Shown here one piece after another: positions 49,901 to 56,644 of a stretch of 64,000 nt of DNA. Made by a program: the position numbers and the translations under genes. The DNA lies in the NCBI GenBank assembly GCA_036840065.1, contig DAITZZ010000007.1, positions 2,291 through 66,290 on the forward strand, given 5' to 3'. Within the stretch, counting starts at the first letter, position 1; each line of letters opens with the position of its first letter. The notes below the pieces were generated by a model. That model did not search any database. It was given only the letters and a program-made list of their open reading frames with translations, and was not told the DNA's origin. The stretch comes from a bacterium. GTDB taxonomy: Bacteria > Bacteroidota > Ignavibacteria > Kapaibacteriales > Kapaibacteriaceae.

Positions 49901-51269
49901 TACGATCGGCCTTGCCTTTGATTATGCGATCGAACAATGGGGTGGCGTCTATCGCTCTGACACTGCATTCATAGCGAATGGCCCAGCGAACATCAATGTT
50001 GCTCGGGGCAACACGGTAGCAGGCCTATTCAATCAGACGAGTGATTTGAACCTCGCGCCCGGATTTATCGATCTTCCATTCCCGGATTTCGTACCTGCAA
50101 ATCCGTGGGCTGTGTCATACAACAACGGTCCTGGTGTGTATGAGATCACTTTCAAGCAGGGCGGACGTGAAACCCTGACAACGAAGTTCGGATTGAATAC
50201 TACGGACGACGTCGGAAAGGATTCGACCATGACGTTCCCAGATGTTGAGTATCTCGAGTACGACATCAAGAACGTCTATTCCTTCAATCGTGCCGATCCA
50301 AAGCCAGACGGAACGATCGATTCTGCTATTGTGAACTACGATTTCCTCCTGAAGCCTCATAGCCTTGACTTTGCCAAGGTGCCGGCTGCGGAACAGCGCA
50401 ACTTCCCGAACATCGAGCTAGTGCCAGCAGGGAGCTTTGGCTCTGCGTCGTACGGTTGGAGAAACTCGCGCAACGGAGAGTGGAGTCCGGCACGTTTGCG
50501 GTTCTATGCCGCAGAAGCGAACTCGGGACGTCCACTTGGGCAGCAGCTGCGCTACTACAAGTCCAGAACGGTCTCGACAACTGGACGAGACACACTCGAC
50601 TTTGTCAATGTCATAACCATCGCTGGAGCGCAGTTCGTTCTTGATGCATCATTGCGTGGTCGGAGAACATCAAGCAACACGGTGGCATCGAATGCGCCGA
50701 CAACGGCGAATCCTCCGACCGCTTTTCCGGCAGAAGACTTCAAGCCCGGTGATAAGGTGGTGGTTTCGACATTTGGTGGTGCTTTCGGATTCCCATTCGA
50801 TGGTGCTACGGCGAAGATTCGTGTTGAACAATACGATAAGTTCGACCGTGAGACAGGCGAGCAGTCCTATACGAGCGAGGATCTGGAGCAGGTTCAGGTT
50901 GTGCCGAATCCATTCTACGTGACAAATGAAGGGATGAGCTCACCGTTCCAGGCGAAGATCTTTTTCACACGCCTGCCACGTATCTGCACGATCAATATCT
51001 ACACCGTGGCCGGTGAACTCGTCCGCACAATTGAGCACAACGAGTTGAATGCGGCGCAGAATGCCGTGTCCACCGAACGATCAGAGGCCGCACTACGTGC
51101 GCAGTTAGGTGCTGATGTCTGGGATCTGCTTACACGTAGTCAGCTCAGCAAGCGCCGCGCTGCAAGCCAGATGTTCATTGCGAAGATTGAAACACCAAGT
51201 GGGGCAAGCGTTATTCGAAAGTTTGCCGTTGTTGTAGGACCTGCACGATTCCCTGGTGAAGGGGAATGA
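46920..51269 (+). CDS. Giant (1449 aa) uncharacterised secreted protein with a T9SS-type C-terminal domain interrupted by an insertion
   Basis: GGGAGGA SD. Signal peptide (MKRLMSGVFALTVLFGLSVTSLA). I recognise no catalytic motif. The C-terminus VVPNPFYV....IFFTRLP.ICTINIYTVAGELVRTIEH...[~25-aa insert]...VWDLLTRS....AASQMFIAKIE fits the Por secretion-tail pattern. Confidence 0.75.
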   Translation: MFTPLKNNGVIMKRLMSGVFALTVLFGLSVTSLADINRDAKGRKDKESEDVQRTPSGVFDQQKNTKSRIDFITTNYGIFGFDVVNGQGGAFWPRGRGNQYLFAGGAWFGARKLPPGSDTLRKRVMITYNPNSGRSWMVPGTIASGALLDQSEAARNKYRTYFSTDFADENGVEKVNPELPNWPIWDNDPTKTLRVDNYYGNYVDDIANRVKKQGKDAPAFVSGEDVFCTYKDTDLSRYEGGATRRRAEGFPLGLQIEQIVYSWGFGDYGDILFMKYLFTHPCTFPDTLYDCWMAAVQDVDIAPRTNFAAGAANDRARYYSERPDLNLAVQWTNGDRGEAGQGFGYLGFNFLESPAVDADKFLRKDKQKFPVNEQLGMQTMRNWPITEDPIENEDRYNFISSGRRDGDLGPGDRRLLMATGPFHMRPCDSARIVIGIILASTSRGGDAEGTVEDMAELIRKVQFAQFVYDNNFIAPVPPREANFRFRRTDSPSTYLPIGDEGWTPLNNAVAIQWDSTSELSVDTLEQGLDFMGYRLYRARRTDLDTFDTDLRLNARRGPLGWKQIAQFAVPSPFVKFGDAIQSVEGVKIDQFRVFDIIKPNSRRVLVARTLNFQEPWGSYFAQLQRQRDRRRLNAQGQVLYNVDSEGFLRTSGTTNGVPNFDKLDSIQFTYMRSKIEALPVVSRTTTGALDTAQVSRATDSLVRLILRRQVVLEQFRFPDTDINELTGAITVLRPFEELNEVRKGLIASHIRNITNNRTFVDIGDDNRNGNVEFFPNPERSEKLINNVEYYYALRAYDEGDYSNSLESKINDRARANTVTTSPRGARPGESVEFTLTTDEDNRRKLGGIYNVRLLVNDEQRFNQLFAGRSLELTFNRSWAGWPYKNNQQDLIGLYGAVFTLKDSATGDEIAQWSSFLPPVLCPNEDNERAPFAHFTEQTRSYVDTINIDTLYAPNGDILRIDTVKFGFDDSREKKVRAGSYFSNAACFSNKFALGTIGLAFDYAIEQWGGVYRSDTAFIANGPANINVARGNTVAGLFNQTSDLNLAPGFIDLPFPDFVPANPWAVSYNNGPGVYEITFKQGGRETLTTKFGLNTTDDVGKDSTMTFPDVEYLEYDIKNVYSFNRADPKPDGTIDSAIVNYDFLLKPHSLDFAKVPAAEQRNFPNIELVPAGSFGSASYGWRNSRNGEWSPARLRFYAAEANSGRPLGQQLRYYKSRTVSTTGRDTLDFVNVITIAGAQFVLDASLRGRRTSSNTVASNAPTTANPPTAFPAEDFKPGDKVVVSTFGGAFGFPFDGATAKIRVEQYDKFDRETGEQSYTSEDLEQVQVVPNPFYVTNEGMSSPFQAKIFFTRLPRICTINIYTVAGELVRTIEHNELNAAQNAVSTERSEAALRAQLGADVWDLLTRSQLSKRRAASQMFIAKIETPSGASVIRKFAVVVGPARFPGEGE

Positions 51270-52354
51270 GGAGACGCATCATGACACATCATCGCTCACT
51301 CATGACCCTGCTGGGTCTTCTCGTTGTCCTGATTGCCTCGTCTCAGATGGCGATTGCTCAGGCAACCATTGCAGCAACCGATTTCACGAAAGTCGGTCTT
51401 TCAGGCGGTCAGTTCCTGAAGATCGGCGTTGGTGCCCGAGCCACCGGTATGGCCGGCGCACATTCAGCTGTTGCGAATGACCTCTCCTCCGTCTTTTGGA
51501 ATCCGGCTGGTCTTGCTTCGATCAAGAAGTACGCCGCGGATTTCAGCCAGACATTCTGGTTCGGTGGAATGTCTCACAACTTTGCGGCGGCGGTCATCCC
51601 GATCAGTGAGAACTATCGAATGGCTGCAAGCTTTACGAACTTCACTAGTGGCGACATTCAAGTAACCACGATGGATCAGCAGGACGGGACCGGTGGCATC
51701 TATCAGGTGAGTGACGTTGCCATCGGGTTGACGTTCGCGGGCTCTCTGACAGAGCAGTTTTCGTTCGGAGTGACAGCCAAGTACATTTCCATGGGCTTCA
51801 CGAACATGAATGCGGGCGGTGTGTTGTTCGACGTCGGGACGCGCTACGAAACAGGATTCGAGGGAATCGTGTTGGGATTCAACATCAGTTCGCTCGGTTC
51901 ACAGATGGAGTACACAGGTAGCGATGTTGCCCGCACGAACAATCCGATTGATGGTATCAATACCCTTCCTGTTGATATGCGCCTTCTGACCTCGCCGTTT
52001 GACATGCCCCTTTCCTTTCGAATGGGGATCGGTGCCGATCTCTGTAAAGGGGCGTTGTTTGAGCCGGAGATCGATGAGAGCGGCGTGCTTCAGCATTCGC
52101 TTGTCACAGCCGTGGACTTCGAGACTTTTTCGGATGTCAGCGAGCAGTTTGCCTTCGGCGCTGAGTACACGTGGAAGGAATTCGTGAGTCTGCGTGCCGG
52201 GTATCGAATGGGCTCGGACCAGTTTGGCTTTGCTGGTGGAGTCGGGATCCGTTATGTCAGTGAGGACTTTTCGGGCCGTATCGACTATTCGATCAATCCG
52301 ACGATCAACCTCGGACTGATCAACCGTGTCAGCATCGCGCTGAGGTTTGACTGA
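51266..52354 (+). CDS. PorV/PorQ-family outer-membrane beta-barrel (T9SS CTD-binding shuttle family)
   Basis: Signal peptide. GVGARATGMAGAHSAVANDLSSVFWNPAGLA is the family-typical N-terminal motif. Alternating beta-strand pattern, ending ...VSIALRFD. The ATGA start overlaps the stop of the 1449-aa gene. Confidence 0.7.
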   Translation: MRRRIMTHHRSLMTLLGLLVVLIASSQMAIAQATIAATDFTKVGLSGGQFLKIGVGARATGMAGAHSAVANDLSSVFWNPAGLASIKKYAADFSQTFWFGGMSHNFAAAVIPISENYRMAASFTNFTSGDIQVTTMDQQDGTGGIYQVSDVAIGLTFAGSLTEQFSFGVTAKYISMGFTNMNAGGVLFDVGTRYETGFEGIVLGFNISSLGSQMEYTGSDVARTNNPIDGINTLPVDMRLLTSPFDMPLSFRMGIGADLCKGALFEPEIDESGVLQHSLVTAVDFETFSDVSEQFAFGAEYTWKEFVSLRAGYRMGSDQFGFAGGVGIRYVSEDFSGRIDYSINPTINLGLINRVSIALRFD

Positions 52355-52433
52355 TCAGGTTGCAAATGCAAGACGTTTTCATGCCGTCGATCGTCCTGAT
52401 CGGCGGCATTGTTGTTTCGGAGATACTCGAACA

Positions 52434-53840
52434 TTGAGCACACGCGTTGCCATCATCATCGTCATGCTGCTTGGGGTCACGTGCCTCAAGGCGCAGCGTA
52501 CTCTGGATGTCACAGCCGATGTAGTTCAGTTCCGGAGTAGTGAAGCTGCTTCCAAATGGGAGTTCCATTACTCCTTCCCAGACACATGTCTGCGATATGT
52601 GCTCGCTCCCACGGGATATGTTGGGGAGATGTACTGCCGCCTTGATGTCGCGTCCGACACCGGGATCGTTGCCAGCGATGAATGGGTTGCATCGGCAGCC
52701 AGTCCAACGTCGACTCCCTCGCACAGGCAGTTCTACTCCGGTGTGCGCACGTTGTTCCTTAACGCCGGTTCCTATAAAGTGTCTTTCGTAGCGAGAGATA
52801 TAAACGACTCATCGAAGACAACTCGCACAACATTTCGATCGAACATCCCGGTGCCGGGCATGCGTCCTGCTCTGTCAGACATCATGTTCGTGATGCCCGG
52901 TTCCTCGAGTGAGAAGTTTCGCAGAAACGGACTATCTGCCGAGCCGAATCCGCGGCATGAGGTGATTGGTAACGACCCGCTGCTCTGTATCTATGCTGAG
53001 GTCTACAATGCCAGGCGGTCGGCGCTCGGTAGCTTCGATATCGGTGTGAGCGTTCTTGATAACGTCCGCGAAGAACAGTTCACGACGTTCATTCCCATGA
53101 AGGACATCAGCGACGCCCTTGTGATAAGGGAGGAGTTCTCGCTTCTGGGTATTCCGACTGGAGTATACACGCTGCAGGTACGGATCCTATCGAAGGATCG
53201 ACAGACCGTTTATGATACAAAGGAAGAGCGGTTCTATCTACTCAATCCTGATGCCCCAGCAGCATCTGGACGCATGTTGACAGAGGATGAGCAGTTCCAG
53301 GCGTCGGAGTGGGCTGTAACTACGGGCAGTCAGCTGGAGCTTGAACTTGAACTTTCGGATCTCCTGGCAACGAAGAGCGAGATCGATGTCCGAAAGGGTT
53401 GCACCGATGAACGCGCCAAGCAGCGGTACCTGTTTCGCTTCTGGAAGATCCGCGACCCTGACGAGACAACATTGGCAAACGAACGGTTGGACGTTTTTCG
53501 TGGTCATTTCAAACGTGCTCAGACCTTTTACAGAAGTCCTACCTACCAGGATGGATGGCGCTCGGATCGTGGTGTCGTCCTCCTGAAGTTCGGACAGCCA
53601 ACACAGATCGAGCGCTTTGATCACAACACCGATGCCAAACCATACGAGACGTGGTTCTACCAGGAGATCCAGGGCGGAGTGCACTTCTACTTTGTTGATG
53701 TGACACTTCAGCAGAACTATAAACTCGTTCATTCAACGATGATCGGGCAGATCAACCAGCCGAACTGGTTCAATCTCTTCGCGCGTGCCTTCAGTCCGAA
53801 TCCTAACCCCGTCAAGCAGCAACCCACTGTTCCGCGATGA
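52434..53840 (+). CDS. GWxTD domain-containing secreted protein
   Basis: The C-terminal segment ...TYQDGWRSDRGVVLLKFGQP..IERF......KPYETWFY fits the GWxTD domain motif. A TTG at 52434 gives a signal peptide (STRVAIIIVMLLGVTCLKAQ). The ORF is open from 52347, so the start is uncertain. Confidence 0.65.
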   Translation: MSTRVAIIIVMLLGVTCLKAQRTLDVTADVVQFRSSEAASKWEFHYSFPDTCLRYVLAPTGYVGEMYCRLDVASDTGIVASDEWVASAASPTSTPSHRQFYSGVRTLFLNAGSYKVSFVARDINDSSKTTRTTFRSNIPVPGMRPALSDIMFVMPGSSSEKFRRNGLSAEPNPRHEVIGNDPLLCIYAEVYNARRSALGSFDIGVSVLDNVREEQFTTFIPMKDISDALVIREEFSLLGIPTGVYTLQVRILSKDRQTVYDTKEERFYLLNPDAPAASGRMLTEDEQFQASEWAVTTGSQLELELELSDLLATKSEIDVRKGCTDERAKQRYLFRFWKIRDPDETTLANERLDVFRGHFKRAQTFYRSPTYQDGWRSDRGVVLLKFGQPTQIERFDHNTDAKPYETWFYQEIQGGVHFYFVDVTLQQNYKLVHSTMIGQINQPNWFNLFARAFSPNPNPVKQQPTVPR

Positions 53841-54748
53841 AGGACTTTGCTGACCGATTAGCAACGGGTGCTTTTCTTGCCCTGGGTGCAGTTTCTCGCG
53901 TTTTGCCCTGGAGGGCACGACAACGATTCGGCGGGCTGATCGGTACTGTCTTAAAGGGGCTTTCCTCATCGCGAAAGGAAGTAACACGTTCGAACATTGC
54001 GCTTGGACTTCCGGGCTTCGATGAAGCGGCAAGACAAGCAGTGCTGAATGAGTCCTACGAAAACCTCGGCATTGTACTTGCCGAGCTGCTGGCCATACCC
54101 TCGATTGATCGGCAAGAACTTGATCGCATGGTCGAGATCCGCGGTCTGGAACCCATCAGCGAACGCTGTCGAAACGGGCAGCCGACGATCCTTCTTACGG
54201 CCCACTACGGTAACTGGGAGTATGGTGCGATGGCTGCCGGGATCAAGCTCAATGCGCCGGTGAACATTGTCTATCATCCTCAGTCGAACGCGATGGCCGA
54301 CCGAATCCTCAATGGCTATCGCATGAAGTTTGGAAACGTCCTCATTCCCATGGGTCGTGCTGCGCGTGCAATGGTCAGGCTATTGACAGAAGGTTCGGTG
54401 ATCGGCATCATTGTAGATCAGCACGGCGTACCGGAAAAAGACCCATGGATCACATTCATGGGTAGACCTACCCCGACCTATGAAGCCCCCGCATCGCTCG
54501 CCCTGCGATTCGGTGCGCCGATCTTTTACTCGTGCTGCGAGCGGCGCGATGACGGAACGTATCTGGTGGACTTTATCGAAGTGCCCATGGCGGATCTGCA
54601 GAACGACCGTGCTGGCGTTCTGGAGCTGACCCGGCGGCACGTAGAGCTTCTCGAGCAGACTATTCGCCGCAGGCCCGGCCTCTGGTCGTGGCAACATCGC
54701 CGGTGGCGTGGTCAGCCCCCTTCCGGTGCTACCGTGGTTGCGGACTGA
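53837..54748 (+). CDS. Lipid A biosynthesis (Kdo)2-lipid IVA acyltransferase family protein (LpxL/HtrB-like)
   Basis: LLTAHYGNWEYG (HxxxxD/E-type LABLAT motif context), 303 aa. The ATGA start overlaps the GWxTD gene stop. Confidence 0.75.
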   Translation: MKDFADRLATGAFLALGAVSRVLPWRARQRFGGLIGTVLKGLSSSRKEVTRSNIALGLPGFDEAARQAVLNESYENLGIVLAELLAIPSIDRQELDRMVEIRGLEPISERCRNGQPTILLTAHYGNWEYGAMAAGIKLNAPVNIVYHPQSNAMADRILNGYRMKFGNVLIPMGRAARAMVRLLTEGSVIGIIVDQHGVPEKDPWITFMGRPTPTYEAPASLALRFGAPIFYSCCERRDDGTYLVDFIEVPMADLQNDRAGVLELTRRHVELLEQTIRRRPGLWSWQHRRWRGQPPSGATVVAD

Positions 54749-54750
54749 AC

Positions 54751-55794
54751 ATGCGAGTAATCATCGTTCAAACGGCATTTCTCGGCGACGTGATCCTGAC
54801 GCTGCCGCTCTGTGCTGCCGTGAGGAAGAAGTTCCCGCATTGGCGGATCATCATGGTCACTACACCGGCCGCATCAGACCTTTTGAGGGGGCTGAGCATC
54901 ATCGACGATGTGATCGCGTTTGACAAGCGCAATGCACATAAGGGCATCCGGCAACAACATCAGTTGGCAGGATCTCTGTCCTCAGGCGAGCCCACCACCG
55001 TCCTTGTGCCGCACAAAAGTCTGCGTACGGCGCTGTTTGTGCGGTCTCTGCGGGCCAGCCGCGTTGTTACCTATGATGATGCGGTAACACGCTGGTATGC
55101 CTCTGACGTTGTTCCATACCCGCAGCACCTGCACGACGCGCAGCGGCATCTCGAACTGTTGCGTCCCCTTATTGCGCAGGGGGAAGATATCCCACCGATC
55201 GAGTCGCTCCTGCCGATATCACTGTCGGATCCTTCGAGTGTTGATCTTCCGTGGGATGCCGGGTCGACTAATCCGCGGATCGTACTGGCTCCGGCAACTG
55301 TCTGGCCCACGAAGCGATGGCCCATTGATCGCATGAGGCGGCTCGCAGGAGCCCTCGTACACGAGGGTATGCAGGTGTGCGTCATCGGTGACTCGTCAGT
55401 TGCCGGGGTGCTGGCCGATGTCGAGGGTGTTCAGGATCTTTGCGGTCGAACAACACTCTCGGAAGCTGCGGCCGTGATTGCCACGGCAGACTGTGTAGTT
55501 GCAAACGACAGCGCGCCCGTGCATCTTGCCTCGCTGCAGAACGTCGGTGTGGCCGCCATCTTCGGACCGACGGTTCCTGAGTTCGGGTTTGGTCCCCTCG
55601 GAATCCGCACGCGCGTTGTTCAGCGAGCAGACCTCGCATGTCGTCCATGCAGCGCGCACGGTGGCGCCAAGTGTCCACTCGGCACGCATGCCTGCATGAC
55701 GGGTATCGACGTAGAAACCCTTCGAATGACAGTACAATCCATTCTTGCTCACGATGTGAATCGCCATGCCAAGCCCAGTAAAGAAATCCTCTGA
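54751..55794 (+). CDS. Glycosyltransferase family 9 (LPS heptosyltransferase-like)
   Basis: MRVIIVQTAFLGDVILTLP..., ..WP.KRWP...., and the ..ANDSAPVHLA.. motif are typical of RfaF/RfaC-type GT9 enzymes. Confidence 0.82.
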   Translation: MRVIIVQTAFLGDVILTLPLCAAVRKKFPHWRIIMVTTPAASDLLRGLSIIDDVIAFDKRNAHKGIRQQHQLAGSLSSGEPTTVLVPHKSLRTALFVRSLRASRVVTYDDAVTRWYASDVVPYPQHLHDAQRHLELLRPLIAQGEDIPPIESLLPISLSDPSSVDLPWDAGSTNPRIVLAPATVWPTKRWPIDRMRRLAGALVHEGMQVCVIGDSSVAGVLADVEGVQDLCGRTTLSEAAAVIATADCVVANDSAPVHLASLQNVGVAAIFGPTVPEFGFGPLGIRTRVVQRADLACRPCSAHGGAKCPLGTHACMTGIDVETLRMTVQSILAHDVNRHAKPSKEIL

Positions 55795-56644
55795 TCGACG
55801 CGCCAAGTCTGCGCCATCGAAACATTCAAACTCCGCGCCACGCAAACGAACCGGTGGCGCGCCGCCGGCGCAGCAGAAGCAGCGTGGACCGGTAAAGCCC
55901 CGGCGAACTGATATTCTTGAGCCCGCGCAGCATGTGCGCCTGAACAAGGCGATCGCCGATGCCGGCGTGGCCTCGCGTCGCCGTGCCGACGAGTTGATCC
56001 GCAGCGGGTGTGTCCGCATTAACGGTGCGATCGTGGTCGATCTCGGCACGCGTGTCAACATCGACGACGTGGTGACCGTCAACGGTGAACCGATCTCACG
56101 CACGAAGCACCTAACGTACATCCTGCTGAACAAGCCCAAGGATGTCATTGCCACGTCGAATGATGAAAAGGGGCGTGCCACGGTCTTTGATATCGTCCGA
56201 CTCAAGACGCGCCTCTTTACCGTTGGTCGACTCGATCGGAACACCACAGGCGTTCTGGTAATGACCAATGACGGTGATCTTGCTAATCGGCTTATGCACC
56301 CACGATATGGTGTCACCCGCGTCTACAAGGCGGCTCTGGATCGCCCCCTCCGCGCTGATCACATGCGTCAGATCGCTGCGGGTATAGAGCTCGAAGATGG
56401 TCCAACACAGCCGGTGGACATTATGATCGACCCGGAGGATAAGTCCACGGTCATCCTGGCCATCCGTGAAGGTCGCAACCGTGAGGTGCGACGAATCTTT
56501 GAGCACTTCGGCTACGAGGTCAAGCGGCTGGATCGTAAGGAGTACGCTGGGCTGTCAACACGCGGTCTGAAGCGTGGAGAGTATCGTCACCTGACGCGCG
56601 AAGAGGTAGATGAGATGTATCGTGTGGTGAATCTGCAACGATGA
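55766..56644 (+). CDS. Pseudouridine synthase (RsuA/RluB family) with a ~55-aa basic N-terminal extension
   Basis: S4 domain (VRLNKAIADAGVASRRRADELI..G.V.ING) and catalytic VGRLDRNTTGVLVMTNDG. The start is uncertain because ATG 55766 overlaps the GT9 gene by 29 nt. Confidence 0.85.
   Translation: MPSPVKKSSDRRAKSAPSKHSNSAPRKRTGGAPPAQQKQRGPVKPRRTDILEPAQHVRLNKAIADAGVASRRRADELIRSGCVRINGAIVVDLGTRVNIDDVVTVNGEPISRTKHLTYILLNKPKDVIATSNDEKGRATVFDIVRLKTRLFTVGRLDRNTTGVLVMTNDGDLANRLMHPRYGVTRVYKAALDRPLRADHMRQIAAGIELEDGPTQPVDIMIDPEDKSTVILAIREGRNREVRRIFEHFGYEVKRLDRKEYAGLSTRGLKRGEYRHLTREEVDEMYRVVNLQR

Noticed and set aside
46920-51269. Possibility that the 1449-aa gene upstream of the PorV-like gene is simply PorU, the T9SS sortase.
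   Set aside because: I could not find gingipain/C25-like His...Cys catalytic blocks or the usual PorU motifs by eye. The position is PorU-like, however, so this needs an HMM check. It is kept as a finding, not a call.
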